A stretch of DNA of 64,000 bases from Squalus acanthias (taxonomy: Eukaryota), in contig CM059430.1 in assembly GCA_030390025.1 (NCBI GenBank), positions 11,594,001-11,658,000 of the forward strand, read 5' to 3'. The position numbers and the translations under genes are program-made. Positions 13,949 through 25,317 of the stretch are shown piece by piece. The notes under the pieces were generated by a model. The model did not search any database and had not been told where the DNA came from. It saw only the letters and a list, made by a program, of their open reading frames with translations. How positions within the stretch are numbered: position 1 is the stretch's first letter; each line of letters opens with the position of its first letter.

Positions 13949-14789
13949 CTGTTCTGCCCACCTGTTTGCCTTTGCCTTAATCCTTTTGTTGCTCTGTCGG
14001 GACATAGGTCAGTCTGGCCCACGCCCTGAAACTTAGAAATCTTAGCTGTAAGTTGCTCCCTCGCTGGTCTGCCACTATCCCAGTGTTGTTAAACAAATTG
14101 CTGACCAGCCGCAGGTGTATCTCCGACAACACTGTTTTAGCCACTTGCACTAATTGATGTAGAGAACCTCTCACATACACTCACAATATATGGGTAAATG
14201 TACTTCACATGTGCATATTTACTTAACAAACATTCAGTAACCATGGAACTAAAACACTCACTCAAAAAATACTTGCACATTCTGCTTTTCATCTTACCAA
14301 CAAACACACAAAAAGGTTAAAGTACACACGTGCATACCCTGCACGAATGTGAGTTTTGAGATCACGGGCCCTACAACGGTGTCTATTACTCAACTATTCA
14401 GAAATGTAATTTCCCACATCTGGATTCCCAATTCACCACATGTGGCTAGTGGCTAACATATTGGACGACACTGCACTATCCTAATTCCAATCGGTCTGTC
14501 TTAGAAGAATGGGAAACAGCATTGTGGGGCCCACTTCATGTAATGACCGCTCGCCACACAATAGGCAGAACTAGTAGGATTTCTGAGGGAGCTCCCAGTC
14601 TCCCAGCGGTCCCACCTACAAAAGCAGCGTCACGATGGTGGGGGAGCAGGCGAAAGAAGGGCCACTCTCCCAGGAAGGGGGGATATATGCACTTCAATGC
14701 ACAAGTCACAGTCGGGATTCAGGTCAAATCAGTATGTGTCTTTTGCTGTGTTGAATTTGTACTGCATTTTGCTGAGATAAAATTAGTGA

Positions 14790-15085
14790 GCATTTAGTAA
14801 TGCATGGGTTAACCAGTCCAGATTTGTTAAAGGCAACTTGTGCTTGACAAAGTTAGTAAAGAGTATTTTGAAGAATTGGATAGATAACAGGAATGTAGTA
14901 GATGTAATGTTTATGGATTTTCAGAAGCCATTCAATAGTGTCTCACAAAGGCTTGTCAGAAATATTCAAGTGTATGACGTAAGAGGAAATGTAGCAGCGT
15001 GGATAGAAATTTCATTGATGGACAGGAAACAAAGAGTAAATGGAGGTGGCTCAGACTAGAGATGGGTTAGAACTGGTGTACCAGA
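14790..15085 (+). mobile_element. Old CR1 RT fragment
   Basis: ORF 14838..15059 reads VDVMFMDFQKPF...WIE...DRKQRV. Confidence 0.75.
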
Positions 15086-15377
15086 TGATTTTTTCCCCCC
15101 CTCTCTTTAGTCTCTAGCCCAACTGAAGCAACCCTACTGCTACTGTAGCCGTGATCAGCCATCTCAGCACAGATCTTCAACTGAACCTGGGCCTTTCCTG
15201 TGTGACTCAGTACCATACCATATGATGCATTAGTCTGATGAGCCAGTGAGTCAGCATACTGGGGAATTCGACAATGACTTAGATTATTGAGGGAATAAGA
15301 AATCAAAGGAAATAATCTGAGAGATTCAGATGATGGCATTTGCCAAAGATTAGATATTTCCTTCTGAATTTTTTTTT

Positions 15378-15592
15378 TTGCAGTATTTATTTGAGGAGCA
15401 GTCCTGGCCAATATTTATCCCACAACCAACATCATTAAAAAAAAACAGATTATCTGGCCATTATCACATTGCTGTTTGTGGGATCTTGCTGCGTTTCCTA
15501 CATTACAACAGTGACTACACTTCAAAGCGTTTTGGAAAGTCCGGTGGTCATGAAAGGCGCTAGATAAATGCAAGTCTTTCTTTTCTTTCTTT
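15378..15592 (+). mobile_element. 5'-truncated DeuSINE
   Basis: TCCTGGCCAATATTTATCC...CAGATTATCTGG...GAAAGGCGCTAGATAAATGCAAGTCTTTC. Confidence 0.85.
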
Positions 15593-15664
15593 CAGTTTTG
15601 TATTCACTGGGAGAGGCATTGATAATCAAAGTGTCCTACTCACATCCTGCTGACAGATTAACTC

Positions 15665-17125
15665 AGAGACCGGATGGCCTACATCCTAGGGTTCTAAAAG
15701 AGGTGGCTGCAAAGATAGTGGATGCATTGGTTCTGATCTTCCAAAATTCCCTAGATTCAGGAAGGGTCCCAGCAGATTGGAAGGTAGCAAATGTAACCCT
15801 GCAATTCAAGAAAGGAGGGAAGAGAGAAAATCGGGAACTACAGGCCAGTTAGCCTGACATTAGTTGTCGGAAAAATGCTGGAAAGAAAGAAAGAAAGACT
15901 TGCATTTATATAGCGCCTTTCACGACCACCGGACGTCTCAAAGCGCTTTACAGCCAATAAAGCACTTTTGAAGTGGAGTCACTGCTGCAATGTGGGAAAC
16001 GCGACAGCCAATTTGCACACAGCAAGCTCCCACAAACAGCAATGTGATAATGACCAGATAATCTGCTTTTTTGTTATGTTGGTTGAGGGATAAATATTGG
16101 CCAAGACACCGAGGATATGGAATCCATTATTAATGATGCAGAGATAGTGGATGCATTGGTTGTGATCTTCCAAAATTCCCTAGATTCAGGAAAGGTCCCA
16201 GCAGATTGGAAGGTAGCAAATGTAACCCCGCTATTCAAGAAAGGAGGGAGAGAGAAAACCGGGAACTACAGGCCAGTCAGCCTGACATCAGTAGTCGGGA
16301 AAATGTTGGAATCCATGATTAAGGAAGTGGTAACAGGGCACTTAGAAAATCATAATATGATTAGGCAGAGTCAACATGGTTTTATGAAAGGGAAATGGTG
16401 TTTGACAAATTTATTAGAGTTTTTTTGAGGATGTAACTAACAGGGTAGATAAAGGGAAATCAGTGGATGTAGTATATTTGGATTTCCAAAAGGCATTCAA
16501 TAAGGTGCCACATAAAAGGTTGCTACGCAAGATAAGGGCACATGGGGTTGGGGGTAAGGTATTAGCATGGATAAAGGATTAGTTAACAGACAGAAAACAG
16601 AGAGTAGGGATAAATGGGTCATTTTCAGATTGGCAGGCTGTAACTAGTGGGGTGCCATAAGGATCAATGCTTGGGCCTCAGCTATTTACAATCTATATTA
16701 ATGACTGGAGTTTAGAAGAATGAGAGGTGATCTCATTGAAACATATAAGATTCTGAGGGGGATTGACAGGGTAGATGCTGAGAGATTGTTTCCCCTGGCT
16801 GGAGAGTCTAGAACTAGGGAGCATAGTCTCAGGATAAGGGGCTGACCTTTTAAGACTGAGATGAGGAGGAATTTCTTCACTCAGAGGGTTGTGAATCTTT
16901 GGAATTCTCTGCCCCAAAGTGCTGTGGATGTTCAGTCATTGAGTATTTTCAAGGCTGAGATAGATACATTTTTGGACTCCAGAAGAATTAAGCGATAAGG
17001 GGATAGGGCGGGAAAGTGGAGTTGAGGTCGAAGATCAGCCATGATCTTATTGAATGGTGGAGCAGGCTCAAGGGGCCATATGGCCTACTCCTGCTCCTAA
17101 TTCTTATGATCTTATGTTCTTATGT
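15665..17125 (+). mobile_element. CR1 LINE with internal duplication, nested SINE and internal deletion
   Basis: GLHPRVLKE, WKVANVTPLFKKG, NYRPVSLTS and QHGFMKG motifs; 3' UTR and (TTCTTATG)n tail. Confidence 0.92.
15884..16117 (-). mobile_element. 5'-truncated DeuSINE inside CR1
   Basis: Reverse SINE tail with (GAAA)n; TSD TGGAA at 15879-15883 and 16118-16122. Confidence 0.9.
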
Positions 17126-18396
17126 TAATCTGCAGTTGGTAATGAAGAAATAACAATCAAGGATATAGTTAGTCACAGATATAATACGTACAAATTTATA
17201 TTATAATGTTACAACATACTTCAATAGAATTGTCTTTAATTTACAGTATCTCTTTAAATCACTATTTTTTTGAAGGCAGCAGGAAACTTGCAATTTATGC
17301 CCTGACTTGGTGCACTTCACTACTCACATGTTGTGAAAAAACAAACCGGGAAAAAAAAACCTTAGTTCTGCACTTTCCCACCATATGAAAAGCAGTTGGA
17401 ACAAGAGGATTAATTTAAATGGCCAGCCGCTGTCGGTCACAGCATTCTAATTTAGTAAATGTGCGTAGTTACTTAACGACTCGGGACCTGAAGGAAGCAG
17501 CTCCTAACTGTGGCCGCACGCAATGGACAATTTGATGGTTAAATGTTTTTTTCCTGTTCAGTGTGACGCCCTCCATCACTCTGTCAAGAACTTCCAGCAA
17601 TCTAATAATGAATGTCCATACATCTGTTTACAGACAGTCACATGCTAATTTCTTTTTTCTGGTGCCCATTCTTATAACCTGGGTGGACATTTGCCACTGG
17701 CGTAGACAGAACGCGCATGTAGATCAACTTTTCTTTTCCAAACAGAACATTTAAAAAAAAAGAAAAGCATGCTCTCCGTTTTATCGACTGTTTATTCTTT
17801 AAACCACTGGTAGGTTTTTCCTTCTCTATGTCGTCAACTGCTAATAACCATTTCAGTATTTTCAGAGAGTGGATGTATCATATTTTGCGGTCAGAAAATT
17901 GAGATGGGGGGTACGGGGAGCGGAAATTTGATGCAACAGTTTTACGTTTTGAAAATCTTTTATAAGGATCACTTCAAATTCAAGGAAAATAATAAGGGGA
18001 AACAAAGTGTAAAACAGCATAAAGAGAGGATATGTCATGGGCGGCGGTGAGATATGATGAATATCTTCACGTGCGAGTCAGAACGGATAAGACGTCGCTT
18101 CTTGCCAACCTCATAAGTGGAGATATTTATAACCTGCTGTTGGTCATCTTGCATTTTATTTGTACCTTATCTTTTAAGCACTATTTTAATGGGTTTCAAG
18201 ACACACGAGATAGTTATGAGCAAAAGATACAATGAAGTGAAGTCTACAGGAATTCCATTGTAGCAGGCAGACTTTGTGACTCGGGCTTTGGACCTGGCAG
18301 TCAGACTTTGCTAACAGTTAGATCTGAGTGGACATTAGTGTGCCCATGAACAGATTAAACCGACAATTTCAAGTTACTGTGAACTTTAAAGTAAAA

Positions 18397-19285
18397 GGGG
18401 GAAAAATTCAGTTGGTTGCGCCTCCCGTTAGCGCCTTAAGAGGGTGCTAATGGGGCGCAAATCATCTAGCGCCCGGGCGCGGCAATGTTTGTGCCGCTCG
18501 CGAAATTAACTAGACATTTTGCGGCGGCGCTGAACACTACTGCCACGATCTCCTGCGCCGGCAGATCGTGACGTCAGTCGAGTGCGCAACGCCCCGGTAT
18601 CGCCCCGGAGCGGATATTGAGTGGCGCCCCCTGCCTTACCGCCTGCCGCTAGCAACGACAGGTTGAGGGGAGCGTTTTGCAGTCAGGAAGGGACTGGGGG
18701 AGCGCTATTTAAAGGCGACCGCTTCCTGCCTTTTATTGTTGGTGACATTTTTGAACCACGCTTTCTGAGAGAGAGAGAGAGACTTCTGGAGAGATTCAAC
18801 GTTGTGTGAAGGAGTTTTGGGTACTGAGCAGCACTTTGCAGGTTCATTTTGATTTGCCCTTCCTTGTATCGATTTAGAAGAGAGTGTGGGGGCTGCACTC
18901 TGAGCTCTTTCCTTGGTACTCTCCATTGTTCTTTCCAGCAGATTTGATGTACAGGTCTCTCCAGGCCGAGATTCAAGGCTGCAATGAGCCGGATGTGGAT
19001 GGAAAGCAAGATCAACCCTTCCCTTTAAGAACTGGCCCGCGCCATTGTGTGTGTTCCATTGCTGACTGACATCACATGAGCTTCGCCAGCGCTCTGAGGT
19101 AGCGCCTCACTCCTCGGCCTTTGCGCCTTAAGACAGGTGTGAAGCACCTGATTTAGCGCTCCAATCACCTTCAGGGGCGATAAAAGCCAAGTTTGCAGTC
19201 GGTGGCGATAATTAACGCCAGGCGCTAATCTTTGCGCCCGGCCGATAATTGCGCCCCAAATGGGGCGATACTGAATTTCTCCCCC
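18397..19285 (+). mobile_element. PIF/Harbinger-type non-autonomous element, family 1 copy A
   Basis: TIR GGGGGAAAAATTCAGT/ACTGAATTTCTCCCCC; AAA flanks; homologous to 22777-23621 and 42212-43103. Confidence 0.88.
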
Positions 19286-19849
19286 AAAATGTTTACCGCT
19301 TACCCAGCCAACCTATCTAAACGGCGTGGGCAACATCGCTAAGTGGAAATTCTCTTTTGCTAATTACTCAACTAGCACAAATGATGCCTACTATTTGATA
19401 TCTTTCAGGCTCCCACTTGCTCTCAGAAGAACTGTCAAATTGTGCACAGGTCTTTCAGAGGGTCAAATTCTGTTGTAAGCTCTGTGCTATCAAATTCAAT
19501 GATTGTATGAAACAATTTTTAAAAATTCAAATGGTCGGTTACATGCTTTAATATATAATTGCTTGCAGTTTCTTCAGAAAATAAATGCACCACATTATTT
19601 AAACGTACTGAAAAAGCAATCGATTTTATAAACCGTTAACGCAGTGTGTCTCACGTAATTGTGATTAGCCATTGTAATGTAGAGATTGTTACACCATCCT
19701 GGATCAGCGTACTGAACATTGAACTGTGCGAATCCCTCTCGTGTCTGCCTTTTTAAGTGTCTCTTTATGTTTTTCCTAGTGCTATCTCTCCATCTATAGG
19801 CCTATCTTTTAATTATGTGTCTTTCTCTCACAGTTATTAGTATTTTTCA

Positions 19850-20087
19850 CTTCTCTCTTTTTACACAGCGGGTTGTGAGGCAATGGAATGCACTGCCGGA
19901 ATTAGTGACTGAGACAAGAGACCATGTCAACATTTAAGAATAGGTGATTGATGGAGAGAGATAAAAGGACATGGGCACAGGAGTGGGCACAGCAAGTTAG
20001 GGCTACTGCCCCTGTGGAGGATAAAAACCACCACACATTGGTTGAGCTGAGTTTCTGAGTTGTAATTTCTATGTAATTCTATGTAAC
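19850..20087 (+). mobile_element. Old CR1 3' end
   Basis: TTTTTACACAGCGGGTTGTGAGGCAATGGAATGCACTGCC (FTQRVVRQWNALP) and (TTCTATGTAA) tail. Confidence 0.7.
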
Positions 20088-20152
20088 ACAGTCACTTTAC
20101 TAAATAACAAAACAATTGCTTAAAAACTTACTTACCTGCTTACCTATGTAAA

Positions 20153-20321
20153 CAATGTTCCCAATTAGCTGCGCAGCCGTGAGGCGGTGTAGCGGTCTGG
20201 AGGTCCCGCGCAGGCCGCTCACCGGCTTTTCAATGCAAGAAACCGCACATGCGCGAAAATTTGAATGGGCTGCACAGCCCGTTAAAGGGACCGCGCACCA
20301 AAAAAATTACAAGGAACATTG
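20153..20321. mobile_element. hAT-type MITE
   Basis: TIR CAATGTTCC/GGAACATTG; 8-bp TSD TATGTAAA/TATGTAAG. Confidence 0.85.
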
Positions 20322-20602
20322 TATGTAAGGTGTCCATTTTCAACAAAACTGTGGTAGAACAGCACAATTCACCGAGTTGCCCTTGTCTGCGTTGCCTCCA
20401 TAATAGCCCGCTGAAGCTGACTGTCAAGCTCACTCGAGGATAATGGCTACTTGAGGTACCAGAGGATGACCGGTGCTCCTGGGAGCGAACCACAGCAAGC
20501 AGTCAGCAACTTCAGAATAAGAGTGGCGAAAACCACTCCTAATACCTGAAGAAGCCAGTGGTATACTGAAGTGACATCAGGGAACATTACAAAATTGCGT
20601 TT

Positions 20603-20945
20603 CATAAGAACATAAGAAATAGGAGCAGGAGTAGGCCATTCAGCCCCTCGAGCCTGCTCCGCCATTTAATAAGATCATGGCTGATCTAATCTTGGCCTCA
20701 ACTGCACTTACCTGCCTGTTCTACATAACCCTTGACTCCCCTATAGCTCAAATATCTGTCTATCTCCGCCTTGAATATATTCACTGACTCAGCCTCCACA
20801 GCTCTCTGGGGAAGAGAATTTCAAAGATTCACGACCCTCTGAGAGAAGAAATTCCTCCTCTTAAATGGGCGACCCCTTATTCTGAATCTATGCCCCCTAG
20901 TTCTGGATTCCCCCACGAGGGGAAACACCCTCTCAGCATCTACCC
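20603..20945 (-). mobile_element. CR1 3' end
   Basis: CATAAGAA tail repeats and 3' UTR as in other copies. Confidence 0.9.
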
Positions 20946-21557
20946 CATGTTTCTGGCATGTGAAACTCTGAGCCAGAACAGGAAGTTCGTAAAATGGACC
21001 TTTTTAGAGACTTCAGTCAGAGGGTTAACAGGGTTTTGTAGCCACATGTAATCAGTTCCTAATCTCAGACATGCCACTAGGAGAGACTTCTCCAAAGGAA
21101 GGGAGGTAAAATTAGAGGCCAGTCTATTCTGTGCACCTCCTTGCACATGTTTACAGGGGCATTAACAGTTTGGGAATAGGACCACCATCTAATCTCTAGG
21201 CCAAAGAAGAATGCCTGGTATGAATGGGTTACCTAAAGGAGAAAATATGTAAAATGGGGGATTAATAATAAAATGAAAGAAGAAACATAAACTCTGCCAA
21301 TGGCAGTATATAAGTGAGCCAGACGGACCAGATGGTCCCCAAATTAATTCCCACTCTACGCTGATCTTAGCCATACCTGCAGTAGAGACTCGAATGTTGG
21401 TCTCAGTCTCCCTGGGGTAGCGAGGGCGAAAATCGGATACCCCAGATAATCCAGCACCCCCTGCTGGAAAGTTTGTGTGTCGACATCAGATTCGAACAGA
21501 ATCCGGCACAGTTGTGATACCTCTGATGATCGCCTAGTTTGCTAACGGTTAGGGAGG

Positions 21558-21710
21558 GAGGTGTAATTAATCTTCGGTGGTAGCACAAAACGGGTAGTAA
21601 CAAAACGGCAGCCAGTTTTGCGCCCCGCCCCATTTTTGTTTCCATTAACATCAGGGCAGGGTGTAAAACAGCTTGCCGATTCGCTATTACCAAAAAACCA
21701 AATTCACCCC
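21558..21710. mobile_element. Decayed palindromic MITE
   Basis: Same layout as 27759-27917 (AAAACGGG..CGGCAGCC / GCCGATTCGCTATTAC, central TTTCCATT). Confidence 0.55.
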
Positions 21711-21989
21711 TTTACTGTCTAGAATTACATAGGATTTACAGCACAGAAACAGGCCACTCAGCCCAACTTGTCTATGCCAGCATTTATGCTCCAACCGAGC
21801 CTCTTTTGACCCCTCTTCATCTAACCTTATCAGCATATCCATCTAGGCTCGCACGTGGAGATGAATCACTTTGGCCAGGTATTGGAGCCAGCTGGGCCAG
21901 ACCCCAGCCAAACTCAGCACTCTGAGCAGAGGGGGAAGGCCGAAAAGGGGCAGAAATTGGCATCTGCTTTTGATCTATTAAGGAATACT

Positions 21990-22718
21990 GGGCCAGAAAT
22001 TCGGCTTTCCAGCTTCCTGCGGGTGCAAGCATCGCGCGCCTACTTGCCTACCGCGCCTGCAGTTGTGCTTTGGGCCCACGAGGACTTCGGGTCCTGGGCC
22101 TCCTCCAGCTGCCGGCGCGCAGTGCTTGCGTATCCCAGGGGCGCAGTTAGTTCGAAGCATCCCCTGGGATCACGTGGGTCTAGCAGGGCATTTTCATTCA
22201 TAGATTTGACAGGAAGACCTGTCAAATCTATGAATAGAGATCGACCCCAAAACCACACTTAAACTTCAAATAAATTGAAAAAAAAACATCACATTTTTAA
22301 AATAACTATAAGTTAAATAAATTAACTACTTTAAACAAAAATTTAAATTTTTGAAAAAATTAATTATACTTTTTAACGGTGCTAAAAATAAACTTACCTT
22401 TCTTTAAAGTATCTAAAAAAGATAAACCTGTTGAAAAAATGTTTAAATTGTAATTAATTAACCACTTACCTTGTTAAAAACAGGCCTTGCGCCTCCTTTT
22501 TAAAAGTGCAGCTTTTCCATACTTACCTTCCCGGAGAAACCTGAAAAAAAAACGAAGTTCACTGCGCACGTGTTCGACTTCTGAACCCCTCCCTTCAGGG
22601 GAACGGAAGTTCCGGTTTCCCGCGCATGCGCAGTGCATGCAGGAAACCGGCACTTCAGATGGCCTTACGGGTGAGTACACAGCACGTATTCACCCGACAA
22701 CAGCCGAATTTCTGGCCC
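21990..22718. mobile_element. Harbinger-type non-autonomous element, family 2 copy E
   Basis: Perfect 17-bp TIR GGGCCAGAAATTCGGCT; flanks ACT/ATT; homologous to 56433-57176. Confidence 0.88.
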
Positions 22719-22776
22719 ATTGTGTTATTTAAATTTCAGAATTATCCTGAATAGCAGTAATAAACAAAAGAACATA

Positions 22777-23621
22777 GGGGGAAAAATTTGGTTGCTTTGC
22801 GCCTCCCGTTAGCGCCCTAAGATGTTTGCGCCGCTCGCGAAATTGACCAGACATTTTGTGGCAGCGCTAAACACTACCGCCACGATCTCCTGCACCTGCA
22901 GATCATGACGCCAGTCAAGCGTGCAACGCCCCGGTAGCGCCCCGGACTGGATATTGAGTGGCGCCCCCTGCCTTACCGCCTGCCGCTAGCAACGACAGGT
23001 TGAGCGTTTTGCAGTCGGGAAGGGACTGGGGGAGCGCTATTTAAAGGCGACCGCTTCCTGCCTTTTTTTGGCGGCGATATTTTTGCACCACGCATTCTAA
23101 GAGAGAGAGAGAGAGACTTCTGGAGAGATTCAACGCTGTGTGAAGGAGTTTTGGGTACTGATCAGCACTTTGTAGGTTCATTTTGATTTGACCTTCCTTG
23201 CATCGATTTAGAAGAGACTATGGGGGCTGCACTCTGAGCTCTTTCCCTGGGCCTCTCCATTGTTCTTTCCAGCAGAATTGATGTACAGGTCACTCCAGGC
23301 CGAGATTCAAGGCTGCAATGAGCAGGGTGTGGATGGCGAGCAAGATCGACCCTCCCCTTTAAGAACTGGCTGGCGCCAGTGTGTCTGTGTTCCATTGCTG
23401 ACTGACATCACATGAGCTTTGCCAGCGCTCTGAGGTAGCGCCTCGCTCCTCGGCGTTAGCGCCTTAAGAGAGGTATGTAGCGCCTGATTTAGCGCTCCAA
23501 TCACCTCCAGGGGCGATAGAAGCCAAGTTTGCAGACGGAGGCGATAATTAGCGCCAGGCACTAAACGTTGCGCCAGGCCGATAATTGCGCCCCAAACGGG
23601 GCGATACCGAATTTCTCCCCC
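22777..23621 (+). mobile_element. Harbinger-type non-autonomous element, family 1 copy B
   Basis: TIR GGGGGAAAAATT/AATTTCTCCCCC; 3-bp TSD ATA; inserted in a CR1 tail. Confidence 0.9.
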
Positions 23622-23950
23622 ATAAGATCTAGGAGCAGGAGTAGGCCATATAGCCCCTCGAGCCTGCTCTGCCATTCAATAAGATCATGGCTGATCTTCT
23701 ACCTCATCGCCACTCTCCTGCCCTAACCCCATATTCCTGGATTCCATCAGCATCCAAAAATCTATTGATCTCTGTCTTGAATATACTCAACGATTGAGCC
23801 TCCACAGCCCTCTGGGTTAGAGAATTCCAAAGATTCACAACCCTCCTGAATGAAGAAATTTCTCCTCATCTCAGTCCTAAATGGCCGACCCCTTACCCTG
23901 AGACTGTGGCCCCTGGTTCTAGACTCTCCAGTCAGGGGAAACAGCCTGTC
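23622..23950 (-). mobile_element. CR1 3' end
   Basis: LFPLTGESRTRGHSLRVRGRPFRTEMRRNFF; the tail continues on the other side of the MITE. Confidence 0.9.
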
Positions 23951-24759
23951 CAAGCTGTCCAAATTGCTTTGATACCATTGGCACAGCGCTAAATGCACAT
24001 TGTATGTTAGAGGAGTAGGGTGAAAAAATATTTCAAAAGCACTTTACAGAGCAAGGATCGGAGACCAAAAAGAAGCTGGGCAGAGGTGAAGAGGTGGGCA
24101 GAGGCCTCGGAAGGAGCAACACTGGCTGCCATCTTAAACACTGGTAAAACTGCCTCTGTAAAACTGTAGGGCTGTGTCAACCAAACGTGGAACAATCAGG
24201 CCAGTTAATGCATTTACCTGCAGGTAAGAAGATTGACAGGAAGTGCCAGGAATAGAATGGTTACGGAACTACAATTGATCAGCGAGATTGCTCGAAAGCG
24301 GCATGCAATTGGAAATGTCGCATGATCACTATTGGCCAATCAGGTTGCTGAAGAAGGATGTGCACCCATGTTTTTATTAGAGACAGTTATAGTTTTGGTG
24401 GCAGAGCTCAGTTTGCAGCCCCATGACTTTTCATTCATTAAAAGTAATGGATGAGTGCTCAAATATCCGATATACATTCAGGGAACACAGTGCTCTATAC
24501 TGGGTTCACTCAGGATTAAAATATGTGGTTTTTATTTTGACAGATATTCCACCCGCCCCCCCCCCCCCCCACCCCAAAAAAGAGAATGCGATAAATTGAA
24601 ACAGTTATTGATGTATGAATGCACTGGAACAGAAAACAAGGACCACCACTGATCATTGGGACATCACATGCTGGTGGCAAGTTACAAGTATTTTTCCTTC
24701 ATCTGAGCTCAGTTGAGGTTCCAAGTCCACCCTTGGTGAATGCTGGAATAGGGGACAGG

Positions 24760-25317
24760 AACCATATAAACAGGAGTAGGCCATTCAGCCCCTCAAGCCT
24801 GCTCTTCCTCCACCTTCTCAAGGGCAATTAGGGATGGGCAATAAATGCTGGCCTTGCCAGCGATGCCCACATCCCATAAACAAATTTTTTAAAAGTTAGA
24901 TCATGGCTGATCATCTTAATTCTATTTACCCGCCTTAGTTCTATAACCCTTAATATCTTTGCCTAACAAAAATTCTATCACTCTCACTTTTGAAATTTTC
25001 AATTGACCCCAGCCTTAACAGCTTTTTGGGGGAGGGATTTCCAGATTTCCACTTCCCTTTGTGTGACGAAGTGCTTCCTGACATCACCTCCGTACGGCCT
25101 AGCTCTAATTTTAAGGTCATGCTCCTATCTCTCTATCTATCCTATCAAATCCTTTAATCGTCTTAAACACCTCAATTAGATCACTCCTTAATCTTCTATA
25201 CTCAAGGGAATATAAGACTAGTCTGTGCAACCTGCCCTGATAATTTAACCCGCTAAGCCCCAGTATCATTCTGGTGAATCTGCGCTGCACTCTCTCCAAG
25301 GCCAATATATCCTTTCA
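24760..25317 (-). mobile_element. CR1 3' end with a nested plus-strand LINE/SINE tail (about 24807-24890)
   Basis: ORF 25117..25305 reads ALERVQRRFTRMI; the insert is CACCTTCTCAAGGGCAATTAGGGATGGGCAATAAATGC. Confidence 0.85.

Noticed and set aside
14430-14473. MER3/MER33-like hAT terminus (CACATGTGGCTAGTGGCTAACATATTGGAC)
   Set aside because: The match is short and I found no convincing partner TIR or TSD, so it is not called as a feature.
18054-18140. C/D box snoRNA (ATGATGA)
   Set aside because: No suitably placed CTGA box D or terminal stem.
22519-22528. U1 snRNA 5' end ATACTTACCT
   Set aside because: The match stops after 10 nt; it is the complement of a splice donor.
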